In this document: positions 1 through 13,000 of the stretch, piece after piece | How the letters are laid out: each line of letters begins with the position of its first letter | How positions within the stretch are numbered: the stretch's first letter is position 1 | Assembly: GCA_964016885.1 (NCBI GenBank) | Contig: OZ024740.1 | Coordinates: forward strand, 121,334,001 to 121,398,000 | Direction of reading: 5' to 3' | DNA: 64,000 nucleotides | Source of the DNA: Eledone cirrhosa | Lineage: Eukaryota | Notes under the pieces: generated by a model | What the model saw: the letters and a program-made list of their open reading frames with translations, nothing else | Databases searched by the model: none | Told to the model about the DNA's origin: nothing | Position numbers and translations under genes: made by a program

Positions 1-134
1 CAGCACTTCTTACTTTATGGGAGATTGATGACCGAAATATTGAACGTAAAGTATTCTCTGTTCAGTTTATATTCTATCTTTTGTTGAAAGTTCAGGTTCC
101 TCCCAGTATAATTCTCAAACAATGTTAATATATA

Positions 135-187
<53 letters not shown>

Positions 188-1051
188 GCATCTAAGCACT
201 AAAATGTCACTATTATATTAAATGACAAATAAATAGCATAAGGATTAAAGATGTATCGGAGGAAGTCACCAATACCCTCAAAGATGTGAGAAGAGGGATT
301 ATAAATTACTTGGTCAATAAAAACACAAAATGAGGTTTTCACGAGCACCTTCACATATAAATATCTGGATTATTATACACGTGGTTATGAATCCTTTCTA
401 AAGTGTTAGTTTACTTCATCATTTCCAAGCAACATGATAGCACCTGCTTCTCATTCGAAAATCTATGATGGTCAATGCAGATTTTCATACTTAACGATTA
501 TATTCAACAAATTAATTTCTGTATCATAAATCACAAAATGTTTTAGTATTTTTTGCCTTAAATTTTCCTTGCGTTTATATGCTGGTGATAATATTATACG
601 TCAGCCATCCATTTATGTAGATATATATATATAAAATAATAAATGCATGTACACATACATATGCATTCATACATACAATCACATACACATAAACACACAA
701 GCACACAAATTCACATACATGCATATACATACATATACTTTTTTTTTCAAAGCGGCCGCTTGCACATTTATTTGTTCACTGGAATATTCTATCCGTTTCC
801 TAAGCTATTACTTATAGCGACCGCCTATGTTTACAATTACTTTTTCTGCATCTGAGATTCCTACATTTTCTATGAATTTCATAAAGTTAGTTTTATACAA
901 TTTCGTATATATATATATGTTTCTCCCAGGTTTAATCGGGGGTAACCACAGTAAATAAAATACTCAATACGTAGCAGAGTATAAATATTTAATATAGAAA
1001 TGGCTTCCACAGGACTAGAACTGTTTGATTTGGGAGAAATCACCATATATA

Positions 1052-1055
1052 TGTG

Positions 1056-1152
<97 letters not shown>
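1052..1152. repeat. (TG)n microsatellite
   Basis: Near-perfect TG run. It explains the CVCV/HTHT pseudo-ORFs. Many similar (TA)n, (CT)n and (CA)n tracts occur across the window, e.g. 2345-2412, 8935-9003, 55620-55750 and 56821-56922. Confidence 0.97.
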
Positions 1153-1153
<1 letters not shown>

Positions 1154-2349
1154 GCGCGTGTGTGTGTGTGGGTGTTTGTGTGCCCGCATGTGTGTATGAA
1201 TTCTCTTGTTTACGAAGTTTGTTATGCGATATTGAAAAAAGATATTGCTTAAGGATGAAATGCTAGGCAAATTCCTTCTTATCATTGCTAAATATTAAGA
1301 GTAGTCGGTTAATTTTGACTTTATATAGACCCCAATATATCGAATTAGGTTTCGGTCATATTAACCAATAATATTGAAAATGTCCGTGCCAATTGGTACT
1401 TAACTCTCCAGTTTCAAATTACAATAGTATTAAAAATAGATTGAGATGACAATAATAGAAGTACATTCGAAAACAGCAGCAGCTGCACTGTAAGTATCAA
1501 TAATTATAACACGAAACAGGGAATTAGCAATACTATGAGCCTCAATATATGAGCCGTTTCAAATATAAATCAAAGTGAAATGAAAATGCTGGAACGAAAT
1601 GAACGTATTGGAACGATATGCATTCTATTTATTCTGAACAACAGTTACTTAATTATTACATCTAATTATTGTCTCACTGTCTCTTATTGATCAAACGCTA
1701 ATTAGAAAATCAGACATTATGGTTGTTTGTTTGACAGTTGTATGAATGATTATTAACTGGTATTTTTATTTTCCTTGTTTCAAGTCGTGTAGGGCAAAAC
1801 ACACGTATACTCTTACAATAAAAACTTATGTTTTCACTCTTTTCTTATCAACATGTCAGGATTACATGATGTAATTTGAAATAGAGTTATCTCCCCGTAT
1901 TCAGCAAATATGGAGCTATTACGGCATAGTGACAGGAAATGTGACACAGGAAATTAGGATCCCAAATTGAAGATATTCTTGAGATGTTCCTCGATTATCG
2001 AGCAATAAGAGATAATGAGAAATACAATGAGAAAGGGCTAAAATCGATTGCATTTGAACAAAAAAGATGATTAATTTGCACCCGCCCCCTCTCTCTCTCT
2101 CTCTCTCTCTGTGTAATACCACTTTCTTTTGGAACATACATGGCTTCAAAGAGAAAATGGAGGCTTATATTCATTATAGGCGACGAAATGGCAGAATCAT
2201 TCTAACGTCGGATTGAATACTCTGTAGCATTTGCTCCAGCTCACGGCAACCTGAGTTCAAAAGAAACCGGGCTCACCTGTATACCTCATCAATTTGGAAT
2301 GGACGAATAAAGTGAGTAAATTGCCAGTCCGCTCCTCTCACTCACTCTC

Positions 2350-2417
<68 letters not shown>

Positions 2418-2703
2418 TCTCCTCTCTATCTTTCTATATACTACTAACACCCTGTGATTGCGTGCTTGCTTGTCTGTAATATAATACAGCCAAAAGGGCA
2501 CATAACGGGAAAATACTTTGAAAGGAAGTTGACCCTGAAATGGGAATACAAATGGAATAAAAGTAGTTTCGCGTAAATCGGTGCAGGGGTTTCATAACTA
2601 TGGGACTTTTTCATAAATAGAGAGAGATAAGGATAGAGAGAAAGAAATACTGGCTGTGAGAAAGTAGATTAAAAGAGAGACATATATATATAGAGATAGT
2701 GAC

Positions 2704-2787
<84 letters not shown>

Positions 2788-3471
2788 AGACAGAGAAGAA
2801 AAATGGTAGAGAGAGAGAGAGAGAGAGCGATCTGGTGTTGTTGTGGAATGAAATCATAACCAGCAACTTGAAAGAAAGGAATAAAGCATTACTGTATCCT
2901 GCTGAATAGAAATGGTTTCTAAGTGTGTGAGTGTGTGTGTGTGTGTGACCGGTGTATATAGGTCACAAACATGCGCGCATATATATATATATATATATGC
3001 GCGAGTGTATATATACATATATGTGCCTTCCAATTTCAAATTACATTATTTGCACTAGCAGAAAAACGACCACACGGGTGGTTTTCTTCTAGCATGTGTA
3101 GTTTGTATATTGATATTATACACAAATATATATGCATGTAAATATGATACATCAAATAAAATCGTAATTGACAATATACACAGAAATTGAACAAAGCCTA
3201 TATTACACTATCTACTGTAATCAGTAATCCATGACATATTTAAAAGAAGACGACATTATATATAAACTGCATTAGGAGAAAATTAGCGACGGAAATATAT
3301 GCGATTATAAGTTTTATAATATAATTGTTTCTACTTTAGGCACAAGGCCAGCAATTATCCAGTGCATTACTGGTACTTTATTTTATAATATAATGGCCGC
3401 TAACCGGAAGTGTTGACATTTGATAATTTTAAAGAAGTGAATTTTAAAGATTAAGCTATAAAATATATTTA

Positions 3472-4560
3472 ACCAGATACAAAAATGCGTACAGCAAAGA
3501 AAAGTAATATTGTTGGAATATAAACCTTTAAAAATACAGGACAAGAAACTAAAATAAAACTTTCAAAGAATAGGACAAGAAACTAAGATAAAATTTTAAA
3601 AGGATAGGACAAGAAACTAAGATAAAACTTTAAAGAATTGGACAAGAAATAAAAAAATTTTTACAATAATATTAGTGGCAACATTTTTATTGGTAAAAAA
3701 TCGAGTTTCACATTCATAGGCTCTGGGTTCCACATTCAGAGGTCGTCGTCAGACCGGGGGGATCATTTGATCCTGGTTTGAATACCAATTGGGCCATAAC
3801 CATACCCCTATTTCATCATTCGGCGACACGCCTCATGTGTCATGCATAATGTGAATGGACCCATGGGCCCATGAGCACAGATCTTGAGCAGCAGCGGACG
3901 GTCTTGTCGTTCCGCTCATCCTTGATCTTGACCAACTCGTCCATCTTCTCCTTGCATCTTGTCCTTGAGTTCAAGTCCGGCAGTCCAGATGAATGCGTGC
4001 CACAGCTTTCTGGTACAGGAAGAGGGAGCAGGTGGACTGGAGGGATGACGGGACAGAGGACCGGTGTTTGAGGGAGGTGCCGTAGTCGGTGGTCAGAGTC
4101 GACATCTTGTCCCGGTCGTCTTCTCCATCTTCATCTGGTGTTGCGGGACCAGAAGTGCATTCTTGGAGGAGACCTGCAGCTGCATCGGCCAATTCTTCTT
4201 GCAATGGTCATTCTGACGGAGCAGAACTGCTCAGCCAACAAACCCCAACCAGAACCAACCGCTCAGGGGCAACGCACAATGAGAGCATGACAATTATTAT
4301 GCATTAATCAAGAAGATACTGGGGCATAGCACAGGAAACGAATAACAAAATTTTGCCACTAATATTATTGTAAATTTTTTTATTTCTTGTCCAATTCTTT
4401 AAAGTTTTATCTTAGTTTCTTGTCCTATCCTTTTAAAGTTTTATCTTAGTTTCTTGTCCTATTCTTTTAAAGTTTTATTTTAGTTTCTTGTCCTGTATTT
4501 TTAAAGGTTTTTATTCCAACAATATTACTTTTTTTTGCTGTACGCATTTTTCTATCTGGT
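3472..4560. mobile_element. Fold-back element: ~210-bp inverted arms around a GC-richer ~670-bp core
   Basis: 3472-3680 (accagatacaaaaatgcgtacagc...attagtggcaa) is the reverse complement of 4353-4560. Each arm contains four ~33-bp subrepeats (ggacaagaaactaagataaaactttaaaag). Family not recognised. Confidence 0.6.
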
Positions 4561-6100
4561 CTACTATTTTTTAAGGCAATGCAAGCAACAACTATCTAAT
4601 AATTAAATGATCATCGTGAATTACTGACAAGTGATTGACATTTTATAGTTCTTTTGAGTATAATTGCAATCTAGTTGAGGCAACTGGCTTAATGACAAAG
4701 CTACGTCATTTATGGATTACCTCCCCTAGCGACACGCTTACTACTCACTCACTTGAACACAAGATTTATCAGCAAACTTTGATTATAAACTTTTTCCCGC
4801 TGGACAAAATTTCTAGATTTTTAAGCCAAAAGATGCGTAATGATCTACTGTTCATGCTCATATGAGTTTTATCTCAGTTAAATAAAGTAGAACCGCGCTG
4901 TACTGTCGTAAACAGACGATTGCCAACGAAAACACGACCACAACAATATTACTAAACGGACTAACGTCCGTTTAGGATCAACAGCCACGAAATTTAGCAC
5001 ATAAATTATGTAATATTCATTCAATATTTATTCAAAGTAATCTAACTTATTTTACAAACGGGGTAAAAAAAAAAATATTCTGGACGTAATCCTTTATTAT
5101 AGTTAAGATGCCTGTGTATATTTTAATTATTTTAAAATTAATTTTAAGTCAACGTGACCCAACGGGTCACGGGTGTTCAAGTATATATATAAAATTCGGC
5201 TTGGTTGGTATAAGATATTCTTATTTAACATTTGATTTAGACTGTTTCATTTTTCTTCTCAATTTATCATCAGACGTTCTAAAAATGCACTTCAGGATAC
5301 TTCCTACAACTATTATTTCTTCACGCATCTTTATTTTGAGGAGCTAAGAATACATTTGAAATAAATGTTTATTGATTATTCTGGAATTTTTACATTTTTA
5401 CCTTTATCTATCAATAATTTCCAATTACATTTCAAGGGTTTAAAAAGAGTCATGTGGCTTACAACATTTCAAATACAATGGGAATGATTAAAAGCCGAAA
5501 TATACATCCGGTAACATTGTAAATGTCAAGTCTTTGTTTCTTTTATCGAATACAGTTTACCCGATATGTTATTACCACAAAATACATTCGAAAAAATCAA
5601 CATATTTCAAGCTAACGATATTTGAAACACAGACATACATAGATAAATCGTAATTTTCTACTAGTTAAGAGTAATGAATAATATAATTGTTTCTACTTTT
5701 GAACTCAGACCATAAAGGGCCGAAATTCTATGCCTCAAAGCCTGGCATCCGACCTTCTACTGATACTACCAAATGAATAATATAATATTAGTAAAATATT
5801 TCTAATTTCTATGCAATTTTTCTATTTTTTATTTTACTAATTTTCTCAATGTATTCTTTGATATTGTTATATTATAACCAACAGATGTTGAGAATTCACA
5901 GATATGTTGTATGTAGATTTAAAACATCATATTTGTATATATATTTGTGTGTGTTTGTGTGTGTGCGTGCGCGCGTGCGTGGGTGTCCATGCGTGGGTGT
6001 ATGAGTGTGAGTTCAAAACCTGTGATCTATATTTCTATCACATTGAAATGTTATATACACATATATGTTATATTAACTGATTCTTTTTTTGTGTTGATAA

Positions 6101-8304
6101 TACTGGTCAACAGCCAAAATGATTCTTACATGTGAATATGTGCATCTTACTAATTTCATATCACTAAATTCAGTTTTGATATTCATTTTATGCTATCAGA
6201 CCAGAATGCCTTAATATGAGATGGAAAATATGTTCCTCGTATTGCATTATTTATCCATTGTGTAACATATGATGACTTAGATATAAACATATTAACTTAT
6301 TAATAAAAATATATAAACATATTTTTATTTATTTTTTTAACACTTAGTATCTTAACAAAACATTTCTGAACAACATTCTGAACATAACAAATTATTTCAA
6401 AACATTTCTAAAAAGAATTGCAGTGTCCAGCAGTAGTCGCCAATCATGTTGGGATTGAACCGACCCTGATACCTACTCTCCATAACGCAATTTCCTGGTG
6501 AAACCTCTCTCCATGTTCATCACTGATGTCTCCTAGATTACTTGGGAATAAATCCAGATGAGAATGGAAGAAATGAAGCTTCAACGACATTCGTGAACCC
6601 AGAGCGCGATAATTTTGTATCATGGTTTCAACAATTTCTTTATAGTTGTCTGCACGGTGGTTTCCAAGAAAGTTCTGTGTCCCATCTACAAATGATTTCC
6701 ATGCATTAGTCTCCAAAGGGTTTAGTGTTTTCGTAAACTCACTATCATTAACCAGCATACGAATTTGAGGACCATTCAACATCCCTGCTTTTAACTTTGC
6801 TTCAGATACCACTCTACCCAATTTCTTATAGAAGTACTGAAACCCATTACCTGTATGATCCATACTTTCAATAACGTTTTTGGCCAAGCCTAATTTGTGA
6901 TTTAATGGAGGGAGGAATACTTTTTTCTGGATCCACGAGAGGTTTGTACAGACAGTTGAATCTACCGGGTGCATTCTTTGGTCTTGTTGGCCAATCCTTC
7001 TTCATGTAGTGCTCCGTATCTGCTCTACTATTCCACAAACATATAAAACACATATGCTTTGTGTAACTAGTCTGAATACCTAGAAGTAGACTAACTACTT
7101 TGAGATCTCCACAAATTTTCCACTGATGCTTCGGGTACTGAACTGAGGAAAGCAAAATCTTCATAGTTTCATAATTCTCAGTCATATCTGTTGCGTGTGC
7201 AATTGGTACGGATTTCCATTGTGGAGAAGGACTGCTTTCAGAGTATTTTTTCCTGAATAAATGAACAACCTCCAATCATCTTGTTTGTATAAATCAGATT
7301 TATAGAGTTGTTGCATGAAAGAATTTGCATTATGACAATAGCAAAGTTTATTTTCCATTTTGAAAAATGCTGAAAGTTGTTTATGACGATGGCGACGGTT
7401 GTAATGCGGACGCCAGGTTCCAGCAGGTTTCGTTGCTTCAGTTTTGATCCCAGGAGCTCTGCCATTACTTTAGACAGATGTAGGTCTCTAATGATATCGT
7501 GAAGAGCTTCCAGGTTAAATGGTCTGGGTTCACTTGTCTCATGTTCGTCTTGATAGTCATCATCAATAGGAGTGCTACTGGAATCAGAATCAGAGATTAG
7601 ATCGTGTTCAACAGGTGGAACTGGAACAGATAATTCGTCACTGTGAGGTACTGGTCGGATTGCTGACGAGATATCGGGGTATTGAAGTGTAGTTCGTGTC
7701 TTCACAGTTATTCCTTGGATGTTTATATGGCAGAAGTAGCAATCGTTATTGTGGTCTTTTGGTTCTCGCCACACCATTTGTACGGCAAATGGCAAACCAG
7801 AGCTTCGTTTCCCATTCTTCCATTCGCTTAGGTGATTAACACATGACCTACACGTTATATGAAGCGCCCATTTCTTGTCCTGGTCTCCTAATGGACATTT
7901 TAAGTAGCATTTGTAGTATACTCGAACTGCTTTTGTGATTGGTTTCTTTATGCTTTCTGGGGTAAAGTGTCCACAAATATAGCAAAATCGATCCGAGTCA
8001 TTTACATATTTCCGGCGATTCATCTCTCCCACTAGTAAAAGTCGTTGTGAATTATCCAAGAATAGTTGAGGATAGATACAATTCTCTGATCTGAAACAAA
8101 AGCAGTAAGTATAAATTAGTTAACTAAATATAGTGGATACAATTGGATGAAGTAATATTCATAAACATGGATATGCTGATTCTCGAAAGCTAGACTCGAT
8201 ACAGATTAACCGTTATCATATTAAGATTCTGCACACTTGATTACCCCAGAATCATATTAAATTATACCAGAACCATGAAATGAATATTTTTTTGTTGACC
8301 AGTG
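6101..8304 (-). mobile_element. Chapaev3-like (CMC superfamily) DNA transposon, full length but defective
   Basis: Terminal inverted repeats tACTGGTCAACA (6101) and TGTTGACCAGTG (ends 8304). The 3-bp duplication TAA sits on both sides (6098-6100, 8305-8307), matching the CAC...GTG ends and TWA target duplication known for Chapaev3. Internal transposase remnants are present. Confidence 0.8.
6405..8023 (-). pseudogene. Frameshifted Chapaev3-type transposase
   Basis: Three overlapping ORFs (7238-8059, 6868-7275, 6444-6974) carry colinear motifs: N-terminal Zn-finger CYICG..H..C..C..WREP..H..DCYFC, then GDLKVV..LLG.Q..YTK..CF.CLW, PPL..KLGL.KN, SEAKLK.G...GPQIR, MSLKLHF.HSHLD.FP.NLG..SDEHGERFHQ, and a terminal MIGDYCWTL in another frame. 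Confidence 0.85.
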
Positions 8305-8504
8305 TAATGTATTATAGGCAATATATTTGATGTTGACAAAGCACAGTTGAAAATGTTGAAGACAATTAATATTAATGATGGAAGGATTCATATATGAACT
8401 ACAGTGAGTTTTAATATTTCATTTACTAGAAATTATACATAAAATTATTAATAGAGGTCTCCCTGTGGAGGTATGTAAATATGTATACAGTTATACACAC
8501 ACAC

Positions 8505-8544
<40 letters not shown>

Positions 8545-8559
<15 letters not shown>

Positions 8560-8840
8560 ATTATTAAATGAAAAAATATATTTATAATACCATATTAATT
8601 TTATCATACATATTTGAACGGCACACAATTATAGTGTGCTTTAATCCGATAAAAGACAATATTTAGTGTTCGGATATTGACAAACCTTAGCGTAGACTTA
8701 ATAGTATAAGCTCGCTAACGGCAAATATGATATATTTTAACTATTGAAAGCACACTAAAATGTTGTGTGCTTGAAATACCTATGATAAAATAAATATGGT
8801 ATTATAAAGATATTTTCCATTTATTAATATTGTTAATATT
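8545..8840. repeat. Small fold-back of a PLE pseudo-LTR remnant with a decayed HHR
   Basis: 8545-8640 is an imperfect inverted copy of 8748-8840. The + strand reads ctattga-AAGCACAC-loop-GTGTGCTT-GAAA-tacc-ta at 8741-8782. The downstream tail resembles 26560-26593. Confidence 0.45.
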
Positions 8841-8932
8841 AATAACAATCCAGATATAAATTGTAGAGTGCTTCACATCTGTTATAAAACTAACATTGTT
8901 GAACAACAATCAACAAACTATACAACTCATTG

Positions 8933-9007
<75 letters not shown>

Positions 9008-9137
9008 TAAAATAACAGATTAAAGTTTAAGCAAAGAATCGCTGCTTTCACCCTTAATGGGATCTTCTGAAACTAACAAAGTCAATCTGTAAACACAGAA
9101 CTGGATATTTCAAAAAACGTTGCAACCGGAGGAAGAC

Positions 9138-9171
<34 letters not shown>

Positions 9172-9265
9172 GTAGATAAATCTACCAAAATATACGGTAG
9201 TCTCCAATCCGTATGAAGCACTCAATGTAATCCAAATATCATTAAAAGAGAAGATGCATTCAAAG

Positions 9266-9390
9266 ATTTCTGAAGACAGCATGTATATGTGAAGATATGT
9301 ATATTTACTCTGATCATTTGTAATATTTTTACATAGATCTATATGATATACATACCAACACACATACATCCTAGAAACGATCGTAAAATG
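9266..9390 (+). ncRNA. Type I hammerhead motif with long stem II (older copy of the 24863-25013 family)
   Basis: attt-CTGAAGA (9270), ~95 nt, then GAAA-CGATCG-TA-aaat (9374 onward). The sequence is homologous to 24863-25013. Confidence 0.6.
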
Positions 9391-9951
9391 ATGAATTTTT
9401 TAAATATAAGGAACTTGTTCTTTCTTTTTATTTCATTGTTTTTATTAATTTATATATATATATATATATATAAATGGAAAAAATGAAATTTCATTTCTCA
9501 CTCTTATTACGGCTGATACTTAAATATAAGTATGTATACGTACATACATATATGTATACAGATGTACAGTAGTATGTTTATTCATACATACATGCACACA
9601 CATGTATATATATATATATATATATGTACGTACGGGCTAACCGATACGTACACATATATATGTGTGCATATATGTATACATATACATACTACTGTACATC
9701 TATATACATATATGTATGTACGTATACATACATACTCGCAATTAAGTACCAATAAACTCGGTACATCTACATATGTATACGTGTGTGTATTAATATGCAT
9801 ACTAGTATTTCAGTATACATATGTGGATGTACATTTTTAACTTAATCGTTTAAGCGTCAGTCATACAAAAGTGAGTTACAAACGAAACGAAATTTAATTT
9901 CGTTTCGTTATTTGTTTTTATCGTCTCCGTTGAACCGGTACGTACTTACGC

Positions 9952-9990
9952 TCTATGCAAATTAGTCTGCCCACTACTAATTTTCATAGA
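9952..9990 (+). promoter_or_regulatory. Octamer-containing inverted repeat in monomer A (repeats every 466 bp)
   Basis: tctATGCAAATtagt-ctgcccact-actaATTTTCATaga contains a perfect ATGCAAAT facing an inverted ATGAAAAT. The same element is conserved in array B. Function is inferred only. Confidence 0.5.
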
Positions 9991-10047
9991 AAAAGCATAT
10001 AACGATATGTGCTTTTACGATTCTCTAGAGAGGCCGGAAGATAGGTA

Positions 10048-10092
10048 AATATTGCTGATGAGATGTAACAACATCGAAACTAGTTCAATATT
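10048..10092 (+). ncRNA. Minimal type I hammerhead ribozyme, array A (first of 13; last at 15640-15684)
   Basis: Stem I AATATTG/CAATATT; core CTGATGA; stem II GATGT-aaca-ACATC; GAAA; self-complementary stem III A-CTAG-T; NUH triplet GTT, with cleavage predicted after 10085. Confidence 0.9.
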
Positions 10093-13000
10093 CCTTGCCT
10101 GGCTTTCTGGGGAATAGAGGAAAGGTGTTTCCTCAAAAACCAGTATGACTCTAAAAACCGGTTTGTCTGTGTGTTTACATACAGAATAGCTGGACACTCA
10201 CAGTAAAGTGACTAGTGAAAAACTCGGTACATCTACATATGTATACGTGTGTGTATTCATATGCATACTAGTATTTCAGTATACATATGTGGATGTACAT
10301 TTTTAACTTAATTGTTTAAGCGTCAGTCATACAAAAGTGAGTTACAAACGAAACGAAATTTAATTTCGTTTCGTTATTTGTTTTTATCGTCTCCGTTGAA
10401 CCGGTACGTACTTACGCTCTATGCAAATTTGTCTGCCCACTACTAATTTTCATAGAAAAAGCATATAACGATATGTGCTTTTACGATTCTCTAGAGAGAC
10501 CGGAAGATAGGTAAATATTGCTGATGAGATGTAACAACATCGAAACTAGTTCAATATTCCTTGCCTGGCTTTCTGGAGAATAGAGGAAAGGTGTTTCCTC
10601 AAAAACCAGTATGACTCTAAAAACCGGTTTGTCTGTGTGTTTACATACAGAATAGCTGGACACTCACAGTAAAGTGACCAGTGAAAAACTCGGTACATCT
10701 ACATATGTATACGTGTGTGTATTCATATGCATACTAGTATTTCAGTATACATATGTGGATGTACATTTTTAACTTAATTGTTTAAGCGTCAGTCATACAA
10801 AAGTGAGTTACAAACGAAACGAAATTTAATTTCGTTTCGTTATTTGTTTTTATCGTCTCCGTTGAACCGGTACGTACTTACGCTCTATGCAAATTAGTCT
10901 GCCCACTACTAATTTTCATAGAAAAAGCATATAACGATATGTGCTTTTACGATTCTCTAGAGAGGCCGGAAGATAGGTAAATATTGCTGATGAGATGTAA
11001 CAACATCGAAACTAGTTCAATATTCCTTGCCTGGCTTTCTGGAGAATAGAGGAAAGGTGTTTCCTCAAAAACCAGTATGACTCTAAAAACCGGTTTGTCT
11101 GTGTGTTTACATACAGAATAGCTGGACACTCACAGTAAAGTGACCAGTGAAAAACTCGGTACATCTACATATGTATACGTGTGTGTATTCATATGCATAC
11201 TAGTATTTCAGTATACATATGTGGATGTACATTTTTAACTTAATTGTTTAAGCGTCAGTCATACAAAAGTGAGTTACAAACGAAACGAAATTTAATTTCG
11301 TTTCGTTATTTGTTTTTATCGTCTCCGTTGAACCGGTACGTACTTACGCTCTATGCAAATTAGTCTGCCCACTACTAATTTTCATAGAAAAAGCATATAA
11401 CGATATGTGCTTTTACGATTCTCTAGAGAGGCCGGAAGATAGGTAAATATTGCTGATGAGATGAAATAACATCGAAACTAGTTCAATATTCCTTGCCTGG
11501 CTTTCTGGAGAATAGAGGAAAGGTGTTTCCTCAAAAACCAGTATGACTCTAAAAACCGGTTTGTCTGTGTGTTTACATACAGAATAGCTGGACACTCACA
11601 GTAAAGTGACCAGTGAAAAACTCGGTACATCTACATATGTATACGTGTGTGTATTCATATGCATACTAGTATTTCAGTATACATATGTGGATGTACATTT
11701 TTAACTTAATTGTTTAAGCGTCAGTCATACAAAAGTGAGTTACAAACGAAATGAAATTTAATTTCGTTTCGTTATTTGTTTTTATCGTCTCCGTTGAACC
11801 GGTACGTACTTACGCTCTATGCAAATTAGTCTGCCCACTACTAATTTTCATAGAAAAAGCATATAACGATATGTGCTTTTACGATTCTCTAGAGAGGCCG
11901 GAAGATAGGTAAATATTGCTGATGAGATGTAACAACATCGAAACTAGTTCAATATTCCTTGCCTGGCTTTCTGGGGAATAGAGGAAAGGTGTTTCCTCAA
12001 AAACCAGTATGACTCTAAAAACCGGTTTGTCTGTGTGTTTACATACAGAATAGCTGGACACTCACAGTAAAGTGACTAGTGAAAAACTCGGTACATCTAC
12101 ATATGTATACGTGTGTGTATTCATATGCATACTAGTATTTCAGTATACATATGTGGATGTACATTTTTAACTTAATTGTTTAAGCGTCAGTCATACAAAA
12201 GTGAGTTACAAACGAAACGAAATTTAATTTCGTTTCGTTATTTGTTTTTATCGTCTCCGTTGAACCGGTACGTACTTACGCTCTATGCAAATTTGTCTGC
12301 CCACTACTAATTTTCATAGAAAAAGCATATAACGATATGTGCTTTTACGATTCTCTAGAGAGACCGGAAGATAGGTAAATATTGCTGATGAGATGTAACA
12401 ACATCGAAACTAGTTCAATATTCCTTGCCTGGCTTTCTGGAGAATAGAGGAAAGGTGTTTCCTCAAAAACCAGTATGACTCTAAAAACCGGTTTGTCTGT
12501 GTGTTTACATACAGAATAGCTGGACACTCACAGTAAAGTGACCAGTGAAAAACTCGGTACATCTACATATGTATACGTGTGTGTATTCATATGCATACTA
12601 GTATTTCAGTATACATATGTGGATGTACATTTTTAACTTAATTGTTTAAGCGTCAGTCATACAAAAGTGAGTTACAAACGAAACGAAATTTAATTTCGTT
12701 TCGTTATTTGTTTTTATCGTCTCCGTTGAACCGGTACGTACTTACGCTCTATGCAAATTAGTCTGCCCACTACTAATTTTCATAGAAAAAGCATATAACG
12801 ATATGTGCTTTTACGATTCTCTAGAGAGGCCGGAAGATAGGTAAATATTGCTGATGAGATGTAACAACATCGAAACTAGTTCAATATTCCTTGCCTGGCT
12901 TTCTGGAGAATAGAGGAAAGGTGTTTCCTCAAAAACCAGTATGACTCTAAAAACCGGTTTGTCTGTGTGTTTACATACAGAATAGCTGGACACTCACAGT

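Noticed and set aside
9036-9080. Minus-strand cagaaga-tCCC-attaa-GGGt-GAAA
   Set aside because: Core mutated and no stem I or III pairing.
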